DNA of 64,000 nucleotides from Lama guanicoe (Eukaryota): NCBI GenBank assembly GCA_013239625.1, contig MU053561.1, forward strand, positions 4,031,992 through 4,095,991. The letters run 5' to 3'. Position 1 is the stretch's first letter; each line of letters begins with the position of its first letter. The notes below the pieces were generated by a model. That model saw only the letters and a program-made list of their open reading frames with translations. It was not told the DNA's origin and ran no database searches. Positions 11,760 through 25,400 of the stretch are shown here, in pieces. Both the position numbers and the translations under genes were made by a program.

Positions 11760-12335
11760 AGGCAAGCATAGCTGGGTGGTTAGGAGAACAGGCCATGGAA
11801 GCAGAATTCCTGGGTTCAAGTCTTGGTTCTCCCACTTATTGGCTGTAGTAGTCAGTTCAGGCTACATAACAAAATACCAGAGACCAGCTTTAAACAACAG
11901 CAGTGTATTTTCTCACATTCTAGAGGTGAGGAAGTCCCAAGATCAAGGTGCTGGCCCATTAGTGAGAGCTCTCTTGCTGGCTTGTAGATGGCTGCCTTCT
12001 CACTGTGTCCTCACATAGCAGGAAAGACAGAGACAGAGTCAGGGGAGGAAGAGTTCTCATAAGGACACTAATCCTATTGGATCAGGGCCCCACCCTTATG
12101 ACCTCATTTAACTTCGCTTCCTCGTAGGCCTCATTTCAGAATATAGTCACATTGAGGGTGAGGGCTTGAACATATGAATTTTAGGGCACACCATTTAGTC
12201 CATAGCATTAGGTATGTGACTTTGAGCTGTCTAAGCTCTGTTTTGCTGTAAAATGGAAGGATAATTATATCTACCCTATACCTTTGCATTAAGCATCCAG
12301 TATCACCTCTGTAAAGTGCTTAGCATGGTGTTAGT
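11760..12335 (+). mobile_element. MIR SINE split by an LTR insertion
   Basis: 5' half gtggttagga...cctgggttcaagtcttggttctcccacttattggc before 11844; 3' half tatgtgactttgag...ctgtaaaatgg...taaagtgcttagcatggtg after 12207. Confidence 0.7.
11844..12207 (-). mobile_element. MaLR solo LTR (MLT1A/B-like)
   Basis: TG...CA termini; typical motifs ataacaaaatacca, tctcacattctagagg, aagatcaaggtgctggc, ccccacccttatgacctcatttaac, aacatatgaattt. Confidence 0.85.
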
Positions 12336-12519
12336 TGTTGAGAATTAGTTTCACTCACAGAGAAGCAAATTCTAGGGCTTCGTTCCATTACGGTGACCAA
12401 GAAGGATCAGAGGTTTGAGATAGGGAAGAAAGGGGAACCTAGAAAACAGTTCTTACTCTGAGAAGGAGAGGCAGAAAAAAAGACAAGAAAGTGAAATGCT
12501 TAGAAAAGAGAATGCCCAG

Positions 12520-13120
12520 TCCACTGTTAGACAGCCTGGATGCTAGACAGTTTCTCCTCATAGTGAACTAAAAATCTTTCCCCAACATTTTCACCCATTC
12601 CCCAAAGTACTGTCCCTAGGAAGTGTTCTCTGGAATAACACATGGAATTGGCCTATGCTCCTTTCCATATGACAAATCTTTGAAAACAGCTATTATGTCC
12701 CCCACCTAAGTCTTTTATTTTCCAGGCTAAACATTCCCAGGTCCTTCAGTCATCCCAGTATGATAGGGTTTCCAGCCCCCTTACTATCCTGGTCAGCCCT
12801 CTCTGGACACACTCTAATTTGTCCATGTTCCCCTTCAAATGTGGTGTCCAGAATGAAATACAATACTCCAGATGTGGACTGACCAGCACTAATTACAATG
12901 GGACTATTAACTCCTTTGATCCACACAGTATATTTCTATTAATGTAGCCTAAAATTACAAAAACTTTTTCATCTGCCACATTACTCTAGATTTTCCTTTT
13001 GAGCTTACGGTAAATTATAACTGCTTGGTTTTTTTTTGTTTTGTTTTGTTGTTTTCTTACTATCATTAAACCAGGACTCCTCCATCTCCCATTTTTGCCA
13101 GTGATTATTTAGCTTAAACA
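12520..13120 (-). mobile_element. CR1/L3 LINE relic (ORF2 C-terminal part)
   Basis: Reverse strand near 12680-12730 reads SLENKRLR/GDIIAVFK (frameshifted), matching the CR1 ORF2 motif SLEKRRLRGD.IAVFK. Confidence 0.8.
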
Positions 13121-14959
13121 CAGACGTGTGGCTGACTAAATGGTGAGACTTAAAGTCTTCGTGGGCAGGAACTATGTCTAACTCATCACGGTATTTCAGA
13201 GCCTAGCACAGCACCTGGCTTGCTCATACGTTAGCTGTATCTTCTACCGACTGTCTCCCACTGTGATAAGAGCTTAAGGAACAAAGGCACCAAGAGTGCA
13301 CCAGGCAAAAACTTGATCTTTACTCCTAATTATAACATTGGCCCCCAATCCCTCTAACGTCTCCCACCCTGGCAACCTGAACAGGAGCATCTCTGACTTC
13401 AGTAGGACTTTTGTGAACTCATTCAAACAAGCCCATCTGATGGTAAACACAGCAGGGAAGAAAAAGAAAAGAAAGGGGAAAAGAAAAGAACACAAGAGCA
13501 AACTGTGGAAAGGGGTGAATACAAGAGCATTTGCTCACTCCAGCTCCATTTACAATTGCATTATTCCTCCTGCTAAAAGCCCCACCCCTTTCTATTTTCG
13601 GCACCTTGTAAGAGGAGGGGGAAGCCTTGAGCTCCCCCTAGAGGTTACAGCAGGAGACTTATACGAGATGCTCAATAACTTGAATGATCTTTTGTTCTTT
13701 ATGAATCTTAATCTCATAATCCAGCATACTGACAGATCCTCTCATACATGGAGAAAGGATCAGGCCAACCCAGAACTCTCAAAAGAAATACCAACCAATG
13801 CGACCTTAGTGCAAGGAGGTCTTTGCAAACTTGCTTCGCCTGAGCACTACCTCCCACCTTGTTTATTTGCTTACACCTATCAGCTGTGGATTCCAGGCAC
13901 ATTTCCACAGACTTCCAAGTCTTGCGTTTGCTTAACTTGGACTTTAGCTTTCTTATGCACAAATTTGTTCATCCAAGCCAGGGACTGTATAGGAGCTGGG
14001 AATACACTAGTGAGAAAAATCAGACATGGGAAAGGAAAAATCTCCTTGTAGTCTAGTGAAGGAGCAAGATAGCCCACAAATAAATGAAACTGCAGCCACG
14101 ATGGGTATTACAAATAGAAGTACGTGGGACCATGAGCACCACAACAGACGGATCTGGCTTGGTTGGGGAGGAGAAAGTCACATGTGAGGGGAGGGATGGG
14201 CAGGATTAACCAGGTAATGCTGGAAGTGGAGAAGTTTGCAGGCAGAGACAGTGGCCTTATGCAAAAGACCTGGTGCCGAAGAAAGCCTAGGGAGTCCTGG
14301 AACTTGAAAAGAGTCCAGCATGCCTAGAACAGAACACAGAAGAGGGAGCTTGCAGGAGGGTGCAGCTACGGAAGAGAGCTGCTCGGCTTGTCACCAAGTT
14401 CTGCCTCCAGATTAAGTCCGATCTACGACCAGTTTTCTTCAAACTTGATGGTCAAATAACTACTTTCTCCTTCCTGTCTGCAAGGCTTTCACGCACTACA
14501 TCGTCAATGCCTTGAGGGAATAAAAATACATTTTGCGTGTATGGTGACCTTGACTGGGTCTATCATGGATCTTAGAGATGGAACTTCAAACATGAGTAGA
14601 GGGTTTTTGTTTGATATTCTTGCTTAACATGGAAGTTTTGAACCTTCTGAAAACCATAAGGAAGCAAAGAGGGAGAAACTGTGGGTGCTAGAGAAGATTT
14701 GACGTGGGTGAAAAACAAAGTCCTTCATGAGGAAACACTAGGGGCTTCCCTGATACCTTTCTCTGAATGGTTTCACTATTCCCTAAGGGTCACATCATTC
14801 AGCAATGCTTTGCATTTGTTCAGTGTTTTCCTTGTTGGTAAGAAATCAACTAGGACCATGTAATTGTAAACCCATTTCCCTTCATTCCAGGACTATTGAA
14901 CACTGGCCACAAATCTGTAACCAATCTATTTTTACTTAATCATCACTCTTGCAACAAAC

Positions 14960-15500
14960 TCAAAGTAAGTTTCTACTATGTGCTAGACACTGAGGATAAA
15001 AAAATGAGTAAGACAAGAGTATTTGCCCTCTGAGGGCTCACAGTCAAGTGGGAAAACCAGACATGATCCAATTAGTGAGTAATGGAATAGATATGAATAT
15101 GATAAATGGTAACATGAGATGAGAGAAAGCTCTTAACTCTGCCTCCAGATGCAAGGGGGGCCTTTTACAGGAGGGGCATTGAGCTGAGGCTTGGCACATA
15201 AGTAAGAACACACTACAAGGACAAAAGAAGTCCCTGGCAGAGAAAACAGCATTTGCAAAGGCATGGAGGCAAAGGAAAGATCGGAATAGTGGGTAACTGC
15301 AGGAAGGTGGCTTGGACAGAATCCAAGATGTCCTTAGGAGTCAGGAGAGAGGTGAGGCTGGAAAGCAGGTACAAGTCACTCATGATGAGCTTTGAACACT
15401 GTTGTCTAGAATTTAGATTTTATCTCATAGGCAATAGTGAGCCTATAAAGCTCTGGTCTGTACTTTAGACAGATCATTCAGACAGTCACGTGGAGGATAA
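14960..15500 (-). mobile_element. L2 LINE fragment
   Basis: ctactatgtgctagacactgaggata...gccctctgagggctcacagtc...tttgcaaaggcatggagg...atttagattttatctcataggcaatagtgagcc pattern. Confidence 0.7.
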
Positions 15501-17406
15501 TTTGTAATCATGAAAAGTCAACGAGAATTTTAACACACCTGACATCAATGACTGGTTAGTCCATATTTATTTGGTGGTTTATATATGGTGTTACCTTGAT
15601 TTATTTGACAGAAAACCTAAACCTTATTGACGATCACAGAATCTCTAAAAAGACAGCTGGAGTTGGCTCTTTTTTTCCCAAAGTGTGTTGTACAGAACAC
15701 CAGTTCTATGGGGTGTTAGTAGACGTCAAAACAGGGGCAAATATCTGCCAATCATATTTAGGTTATTACCCATAGGGAGTAGAGTGTCCTTCTAGGTAAC
15801 CCAAATGAGATAAAGCAAAGAAAGCGTTTCTGTATTTCTTCAAGAAGCATCAAAGTTCTGAAGCAGGTAGGTACAGACACAGATAGAGCCGCTTGCTTCT
15901 CTTTTTGTGATGCTCTCCTTGGACTAGTGTTAAAATGGGCTGAAAACGGTACTCTCCGAGCACACAGCAAGTAAAGAGTAGGAAGAAAGCAGTTTCACCT
16001 GCAGCCAGGCAGCAGGGAGGAATTAATTTGTAATTCAAGAGCTGGCCATGCCACTATCTAACCCTCCCCTGGAGAAAGGGCCAGGTGAGGTAGGTGGTAC
16101 CAGCCGGCCTGACCAAGGTAAAGAGGAGCCAGGCTAGGTCATAAAGAGGAGTGGCTAGGGGCAGAGAGGGGCAGGGAGATCAATGACCACAGCAGAGTGC
16201 TCGAGTGTCAGGATAAAGAACCTGAGTCCAGCATCAAGTTTGGGCCTGAAAGGAGGATCCAGTAGGAGATCAGGTCCCAAAATAAATGCACAGACAGACC
16301 AGGAAGCTGGGACCAAGGTATGAATGAAACAGAAAGCCCTAGGCCTTACTCCACGCACAGAAATGGGTAGCTCAGAGCACCTTCTTATGACATGCGGCTG
16401 TGCAGTGCCAGAGTGTAGGGAGTCACTCTGCACTGAAGCACAGCAAATGAGTGGTCAAGGTCATCCACACACAGATAAACTGAGTCCTCCCCCTGGACTC
16501 TAAGGTAGGAATCATCTGATTCATCTTACTTACTCCAGCGATTCACAAAGAACTTGGCACCACAGTAGGTGCTCAGTCAAGATTTTCTGAACAAATGGCT
16601 GAATAGATTCTCTGAATTAAGCTTCCCTCCGCATCACCAATCTTTCTGACCTCCAGGTTCCTAAGGAAGTCCTATGTGGATATAGAATATCTTTGCCGAA
16701 TGACCCTCTGTGTTACAGCCCGATGGCACGGTATGAAGACCTTATGCTCGTTGAGATGTCAACTGCCAGTCTCAACAGAGAAATGATACCAGTTGGCAAA
16801 GCCACCCCAGTGGAACCCCAAAACGGACACATGTTAACCTCTCCTCTCCCTTTTTCTACTTCGTTACAACACTGGACTGAACTGCTCGGAAGCCAAGTGA
16901 ACAGTAACCACAGACCTGCAGGACGGCCTCCCAAAAAGAGGCCTTCGGAAATTTTTAATGATAATATTAACTCAGGCTTATCAATTTTGTTAGAGAAATG
17001 TAAGCTACAGTAGTGTTACATTGTGTTACTCTCAGCTGCTTTTTGTTTTCCCAGCTTCCATAACTATGAGTTTTGGTGTGATTATTCTCTCACATAAGGA
17101 GAGGGGAGGCATCTTACGTCTTGAATGGTATATGGTCCGCACGGCGGGGGATCCACTCCAAGGAGAAGGGGCGTGTAATCAACATGCAAAATGCCGGAGG
17201 TCCCAGAGCACAGGAAATCTAACAGTGCCCACTGCCTGCCGAGCAGAGGATGGCGTTTCAGCGTGATTCCCGTGGTGCCAGCCTTCCTGTGGTCTGCATA
17301 CACAGGGAGGGCTGAGGGAGCTGCTAGATACAGTTTTGCATTTGCAGGAATGTGAAAAAGATAGAAACCAGGGTTCTTGGCAGTCAAGTAAAAGCAAGTT
17401 GATTCT

Positions 17407-17557
17407 GTTGCACAACAATGTGAATACTGAATGCCACTTAACTCTACGCTTAAAATGGTTAAATGGTAAATTTTATGTTATATATATTTTACCATAATAA
17501 TTTTTTAAACGAGCAAATAGAATAAAGGTTCTATAAATAAGCAGGGAAGGGAGACGG
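17407..17557 (+). mobile_element. 5'-truncated L1 (L1MB-like 3' end) with 16-bp target-site duplication
   Basis: gttgcacaacaatgtgaat...aatggtaaattttatgttatatatattttacca; flanked by AAAGCAAGTTGATTCT at 17391-17406 and 17558-17573. Confidence 0.85.
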
Positions 17558-19319
17558 AAAGCAAGTTGATTCTTTATAACCTGCACAAGGGAGGGGAGCA
17601 ATGGCACAGCTGATCCAATAATATTTTTATTTGGTTTTTGAATTGCAACTTAGGAACGTGTGTGTGACTGATAATGCTTCTAGATACGTTTCCTGTCCGG
17701 TTGACACCATTCAGCACAAGAGAAGAGAGTGCTGCTGGGCACTGAGTACTCTGAAAAGGGGACCCAGGGCCACCAATGGCCACACACAATCTGCAGAGCT
17801 GATGGACAGGACCTGGGCCACCACTGGGTGGAAAGGCAGAGCTATCTCTGCACTGCCCACAAGGCTGACTGATGCTCAGCTGAGCTGATCCAGTCACTCT
17901 CCTACCCTGACCCATGCTATGTGGGGGGTCTGGTCAGAGCTGTTCCAGAACACAGGGACACACAGAGCCTTCCACATGCTCACACCCACGGTTTTACCCA
18001 CAGAAGCTCTACCAGTTCCATGTTGGGGAAGCTGTGCAAGGAACCCTCAGCTCACTCACAGGAACACTCCCTGTCCTGCTCAAAGACAAACAGTGACAAA
18101 AGTGACAGCACTTAATGTCTGAAGAATTCACAAGAATAGGCTTGTGGAATAGTCCAGCTTTAGGGCAGTGGTGTCACTTACTGTCTGACGTCCTCAGTCT
18201 AACATTACTGGCAGGACAATCTCAGGCCTGGCCAGGGAGAGGGCTTTGCAGGCTCTCTCTCTTCTCTGCAGGTAGTCTCCCTTCCAGCTTGATAAACACA
18301 AATCAGACAGTGACTGCGCCCTGGGCAGGACTCTGGGACCACTAGGGAAAAGACAAGATCCTGTGGTCACGGCACTGCCAGCCCTTAGATCTCATGCCTG
18401 CAGATTCTGGCTCTCCTAGGAGGAGTCAACAGCCCAACGGGTACTGGTTCCAATCCATTGCCAAGTATTCATGGCACTGTCTTATTCAGCCCTGGTTCCT
18501 ATCAGCACAGGTACCCTCCTCTCATCCCTTTGCATCCTAGGAAACCTCATTTCATTGCACTCTTTTCCTCTGGGCTAAGCTGAAGTCTGACACTTTCTGA
18601 GGACCCTATGTCCCCTACCACTATCTCCAGGCTTTCTCATTCTTCCAGTCCCTGTACATCCCAGGCTAAGTGGGGGTGCAGAGGGAGTGGCCCTGGGCTC
18701 CCACAGCTGCTTCCAATCTGTCACTCCTGTCATCTCCTTTAAGAGTCTTTTTCCCTTCAGGACTTTGCCATGGAGCCTCATTCCTCCTTATGGTCACCAG
18801 CTATGGACTGCCAACGTGGTGGAAAGAATTTAAGCAACCTTAAGGTTCAGCTCAGAATCACCAATCATCCTGCCAATTTTAGCTTCTGATTTTCTCAGAT
18901 CTGTTCTCTCTCTCCCTTCAACCACTGCCCTGTTGCAGGCCCTCATTTTCTCTTGCCTGGAATATTGCAGGAGCTTCCTCACTGATGTATCTGTCCCACT
19001 GCCCTCATTCCTGCCCTCCTCTCCCTCCCCACATACACTACTTAAAACTTAAATATTACTGTAATACTTCCCAAGTGGCTCTGACCTCACAGACGTAGCC
19101 AACACCGAGGGCTGATGTGGTGCCAGACCCTGGGCTAAGTGCTCTACGTGTTACTATTACTGTCTCCATTTAACAGAAGAGGAATGCACTGTTGAGAGAG
19201 ACCGAGTCAAGATCACACAGCCAGTAAGTGTTTCAGATGGAATTCAAAGATCTAACTGTTCAACTCCAGGGCCTAAGCACTTAACCATTTGCCACTGAAG
19301 AAGACATCACTAGTACTCA

Positions 19320-19737
19320 TGAGTATTCCCAGTTCTCTGCTCCCTCCAGGCATAAGGAAAGACTGTACTGACCAGCCTCCTTAAATTTAAGAGTGGTCAC
19401 CTTACCAGCTTTCATCAATGAGAAGTGAGTGGAGGTGATGTGGGTCATGTTCTGGTGGAAGCATTTAAGCACCAGTGTGCAATTAGCCATGTCCTCCTCC
19501 TGTGCTGCAGTGAACTCCAAAGCTTTCTGTCCAGATGGTGAAATCATAAGATGGCAGAGCCCTTGTCAGCCTAGGTGCTAAGTGACCAGGTTGGGCTGAG
19601 TCCCCTACCAACCTACAGGGTTGAAGCATGAACACGAAATAAACGTTTGTTTAACAAACCTTTCAACCATTGAGATTTGGAGATACTGTAAACACACACA
19701 CACGCATACAATAACTTAGCCTATCTTGATAAATACT
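19320..19737 (+). mobile_element. Old MaLR LTR (MLT1I/J-like)
   Basis: caatgagaagtgagtggaggtgatgtgggtca...gaagcatttaag...gaaataaac...cattgagatttgg...cttagcctatcttgataaatac. Confidence 0.65.
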
Positions 19738-20469
19738 GCCTCATCTCAGTTACGATAACCAGGCTCTTGTCTTCTTCTTGCAAAAGCCTTCTTATACTCC
19801 AGTTTTGTTCATTGTGTTTACTAGTTATGCAAACAAATCACTTACCTCTCTGAATCTCAGCTTCTTCATTTATAAGAGTGTTGATGTAGAGCTTAAGTTA
19901 AATTTTATTCAACAAACACCTCCAGAGAGCAAGTGCCCGGCACCATGCTGGGTGCTGGTTGACATGGAAAGCTCTTCTACATCTGATAGAATGGGTCTGT
20001 CCTGACCGGGTACTGAGGACCATCCTCCAGAGCTCACTACTAGAAACAAACCTGGGGTCAAGCCCTGGCTCTGCCACTCACTAGAGTACAGTTATTATAC
20101 AGAGTGAGACCATGGGCAAGTTATTACTTAATCTCCCTGTCTCCATGTCTTCACTGAGTAAAGCAAGGCCATTTATTCCTACCGATCAGTTCTGTGGAGA
20201 TGTGTGTCTATAACTCCAAGGATAAATCCACTGGTGACAGAAACAGGCAGACCTGGTACTAGTCTTGGTGTCACCTCTCACTTGCTCTGTGGCCTTGAGC
20301 ATGTTACTTAGAAACTTTATGCCTCAGTTTCTCATTTATAAGGAGAGACTAGTAATGGTACCTCTACCTCCATTGGGTTTTAGTGAGAAATGTTGAATTC
20401 TTGACACATAGTGGCACTCAACAAATGTTAATTATTCCTAAGGAAGCTGTTTTACACGTACTAGGCTGT

Positions 20470-20598
20470 TTATATATATATGTATGTGTGTGTGTGTGTA
20501 TATACAAAATGATATATATTATTTGTTACATATATATAAACACACACACACATATATATATATTATATGTATATATATAATATATATATATATATATA
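20470..20598. repeat. Compound (TA)n/(TG)n/(CA)n low-complexity repeat
   Basis: Seen directly. Confidence 0.9.
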
Positions 20599-22239
20599 CG
20601 AAAACACAATTATTTATTGAATGGGTATTTCTCCCACCTTGAAAACTGAGACTGAGTCTTATTCCTCTTCCCATCTCCAGTGCCTGGAAAGTAGACTGCT
20701 TAAATAGTTGTTTGGGGGAACTGAATGAATTTATCATAGTTTTCTATTCCCTTCTTTCTATCCTCCTGAAGAAAACTCAGTCTCTTGGCCTGAGAAGGTC
20801 ACAGGCTCTTCTGGGGACTGTCCAGTTGTCAAAGACGCTGCTTCTCACCAGTGTTCAATCTGACCCAACAAATGGAGAGAGGGGCACGAGGCAGGGCAGG
20901 AAGGAGTGCGTAAGCTCTCCAAATTGCCTCAGTCTCTGGGTCGTGTTTTTCTGCAGTCTGAGACGTTTTATTTTTTTATTTAAAGAAACAAGACAGTTTC
21001 CAAGGAAAACTCATTTTGTTATGGTTCAAAACCATTTCATTTGTGATATTATTTCCTCTGCTGAGCTTTCAACTTTCTAAACTCCTCTGAGGCTGGAAGA
21101 GCTCCAGGGTGGTGAATGCTCTTGGGGGGATAAAGCTTCGCTTCTCTGCAGAGCCCACCACTGGCTGCAGAACTGGAGATGCAACTCAGAGAAATAAATC
21201 ACTGTCCCCTAGGTTTCTATTCAGATCCATTCAGCAGCATCCTTGCAAGTGGACCGTTCCGCAGCTTCTTAATCATGGAACTTTCCCTGGAGAAAGCATA
21301 GGGTCTGTGGCCAGACATAGCACAGCTGAGGTCAGGGCTGGTGAGGTGAGCGTCTCTGCCTGGTTTTGCGGCCAGCAGTTGAGGTTGCTTTATCACTTCC
21401 GAGGGAAAGATCAGTGGAATCCCACGTAGTGACTATCTGTCCTCACAAATCATGATCACAGAGCACTCCCGATTTTCCTCAAACCCCCACCAATGTGTCA
21501 TGCAACTTGAGGGTGGCCACAGAAAAGCTCTTCCTTCATGTGATGGTTCTGCCATAGCAATATGTTTGAAAGTTGTTCTGTGAGGGACCTGGGGGCTTTT
21601 GAGGCTTTTCTGGAACAGGGAGAAAAATTCAGCCTGGGTCATAGAAATCACTGCCATAAATTTTCCCAGGTAAGAGCCACCTCTCTCCTCTGCACCAGCA
21701 TGGTAAGGAACAGGGCCCATGGGCTAATGTTTTCCTTAGAGCTTGAGAAGTAGTTCAGACCACGGACAGGATGTTGCACTGAGATCAATTTTAGGTCAAC
21801 ATAAGACTGAATTTTCTAGCTTAATTTTCTGGAGGGTAAAAAGGACAATCTGCATTGAATAGAGTGAGTACTGTCACTGGAATTGTTTAAACAGACTAAA
21901 CACCAGGCAGAAAATATAGAAGAGAATTCAAACAATGAATGCTGGAATTAGGTGACCCTAGTTATCCCTTTCAATTCCAAGGTGCTGCGATTGGATTGAT
22001 GTAACAGATGCTGTAGCCTGGTATGTGTGCTACGTTCCTTGAGGTACCATGACATGTAGAAATAAGTGAAGACTCAGTCCTTGTGTTCAGCCTCACTTGG
22101 GAAACAAGACACCTGTGTTGGTGAGGATCAACTAGTTATGCTAATTCTGGAAACTTAAAACAATCAGTGCTTACATTCTCATACATGCTACATGTCTTTT
22201 GCAAGTCATGGAGGTGGGACTTCGCTCCATGTCTTCCTC

Positions 22240-22492
22240 AGGGATACAGGCTGACAGAGGGGCAACTTTGTGGAGTGTCACGGGTCACTGCAACAGTGGG
22301 AAGAGAAGGCAGAGAGTCATACACTGACTCTTCAGCTTCTGCCTGCATGTGACGCTTGTTGTCAATTCTGCTTGGCCTGGTTGGCTAAAGCAAGTCACGT
22401 GGCATGACTCACAAGAGGTTGGGAAGTGCAATCCTACTTTGCCCACAAGGAGGAGAACCAGAAGTACTGATGAGTAGGACTAATGTCTATCA
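22240..22492 (-). mobile_element. Old MaLR LTR fragment (MLT1J/L-like)
   Basis: ttggctaaagcaagtcacgtggc...gggaagtgcaatccta...ggagaaccagaa...gactaatgtctatca. Confidence 0.55.
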
Positions 22493-25400
22493 TATCACAA
22501 ATGCATGCAACAACTGGACAACAATGTAACACAGTATGTCATCAGGGCTAAATGAGAAAGTGCTAAATGAATGATGAATGAATGAGATATTCTAGTGACT
22601 TGAACAATAAGGAAGATTTCAGAGCAGAGGTAGGACATGAACACATCACTAAAAGTGAGGAAGTGAGCAGGTATGAGGTAAAAAGAGGAAAGTAGCATTT
22701 CCAGAAAAGGTGAGAAAAGCAGAGAAAAATGGGAAGGGAAGAAAAATTTATGAATCATCTATGAGGTTCCAAGTATTTTGTATGAAGACTTACATTTCAT
22801 CATCCCTACTCTAGATGGGACTGTGTCTCATTGACCTTGAATTTTATTCTTCTCAAAACATACCTCCAATAAATACAGAGCAGGCCTTCAAACATGGTGT
22901 CCTTGGCTCCAAAGCTTGTGAAATTTTCTACTCTACCCCAATAAAGCAGGAAGCATTGTTTTCCCACAACTGTGAAGGGACTAGCTTGTCTGAAGCAGCC
23001 CCAGAAATAGTGGAAGATGAAGCTGAAGGAGGGTTTTGACTGTGGGCTGAGTTTGGAACTGATAAGATAATCAATGGGGGAATCACTGATGTTCAGTTTA
23101 AGTATATACAACATACTTTTGGAGCACTTACTTCTGTAATATTGCAGGAGGCATAAATACTAGTAAAATATTCCGTCTTCTAGGAGTTGACAAAACCTTA
23201 TAAAATTAAAGAGCTACGTTGTAATATAGGCAGATTCTGCTGTCTCAGAGCAGAAACAGAAGTACAAAGCGTCAAGATATGAAACACACTGTAAAGGTAG
23301 GTGGAGGTCGCAAGGGAAAAAAAGGGAGACAAGTGGCCTGATGTTCTCAGGTGACTAGGAGAATGGCCACATCCTGAAGTGCCTCCCAACCATACCAGCT
23401 TCAACAGGACCTAATACAAGAATAAACTGGTTTTTCCCACCAAATTCTTCTCAGCTGTTTCATGTTGTCACCAGGGAGTAGTTCACTCGTTCTCTCAAAC
23501 GCAGACCTCTTGTCTGCCACAGGCGGGGCCGCCAGCTCCTTCCTTCTTGCATGATTTACAGGGGATGAATCCCAGGAGTTGACATAACAACAACAACAAC
23601 AACAGCAGTAACACAACATCCAACATTTATAGAAGACCAACAAAATGGATCAGTCACGCACATTATCTCCCTTACTCCTTACAACACCGGATGAGAAACG
23701 TTACCTTCAAAGACTGTGCATCTTATCCAAGATCACCCCGCTGGTAAATGTCAGAGTCAACAATCGAAACCAGAACTTTCATACTCCAGAGTACTGCCTT
23801 GAGACTACATCTTATAGACCTTTGATTCATCAGCACAGAGCACAATGCCTGGCACACGAAGAAAAAATAGTGTTTACTGAAAGTGTTAAAGGCATACAAG
23901 ATCATACATTTGAAATCAGATTCCTGTACTGGCAAATATATTTTCTTTTTAAGAGTGAGGAGGGCATGATAATGGATCAGGAGAATTGAGGTGGTGAGAA
24001 GGGTTCTAAGAAATGTTGATGGTAGGCGTCAGAGCCCAGAAAGAAGAGGTGGGGTTGCTGGGATCAGAAGTAAGCAGCACAGAGGTTCTCTGAGCAATGG
24101 GGCAGGATCTTCACTCCTGCTGCGTGTAAGAAGACAAGAGGGGAATGCGATGAGACATATGGTGGTGGGATGAGAATCTGGACTAGAGCGGCAACAGTGG
24201 GAAGAAAAATGCCGAGTGCTACAGAGGCAAACCAGGAGGGTTTGCTGGAAAACTAGATAGAGGTGACAAGGGGGAGGCGGAGTCAAAGATGGCTCCAAGT
24301 TTTCCAGGTAATGTGAATTTGATAAGAAACTTCTTGTCATTGCAATATTCTAGGGGCACATTTAATAATAACATCTTGTATTTTTACAGCCCTTTACCAT
24401 TTCTAAGTTGCATCCATTAAATTCCTTCAATCTATTTTACAGAGGAGACAACAAAGACTAACAGGGTCTTGGATAAGGATCATTCACATCAAAGTTCTTT
24501 TCTCTTTGATAGTCAGTTCTCATTCAGCAGACAGACAGCTGGGAGTAGAGAAATTGAGGTAGCAGGTATAGCTCATTAAATTAAAGGAAAAAGTTCTGGG
24601 GCAAGGAACCAGATAATTCAAGCTCCCTTTTAAAGACTCTGGATGAAATGCTGATGCATACTTAGCAGTCAGGTGGACAGTCTCCTCTAGAACACAGACC
24701 AGCAGGCTCTAAGAGAAGGATACAATGCAGCTTGAAACCAGGGACTATGGTCCCAACACTTTGTGAAGAAATGAAAGTCATGAGGGGGAAAATCCTGACA
24801 GAGAAGGGACAATGGCTGCATAATGCTGCAATCTTTAACAAAACGTAACTATTATATGTCGTTGGTTAACCAAGCCTAACCTCCTTTCTGCAAGCTCCAT
24901 CCTTCAAGCAAGAGACATAGCAGGGAAGACTCTAGAGTTAAGAGGATGAAACTTATGTTCAATTTACCTCCCCTTATATAATTTCACTATGCAGGAAGCA
25001 TTGTCATTAGTGAAGTTCATGAGGATTGGGAAAATAATGACATAATCCCTTCACATGGGTAATTCTTCCTAGAAAAAGAAGAGACATAGTCTTCATAAAC
25101 AGCGTTTACCCCTTCCTATCATTTTCCCCCTTCATTTTGGTCCTTGAAAAAAAATCATCATGTATCAGAAGATGAAAAAATAGACACTTTTAAGGTTCCA
25201 TTTGGAACACCTGACAAGCAAAGTAGTCCTAGAGAATTCCTTTTGGCCTATGGCTGGAAAACAGGATGCATTGGTTAATTCTTGATATCCGGGATACTGG
25301 AATTTTTGTTCACAAAGATGTCTCCTCCAGGGGAATGAGATCTCTCCTGCAGTCAGGTAGTACACACTTAACAGATGTTAGGCCATAAGAGATATTCAGA

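Noticed and set aside
14400..14870. Unique-looking sequence checked as a possible pseudogene (also 22760-23050 and 25160-25660)
   Set aside because: The frames I translated had frequent stops and no recognisable homology.
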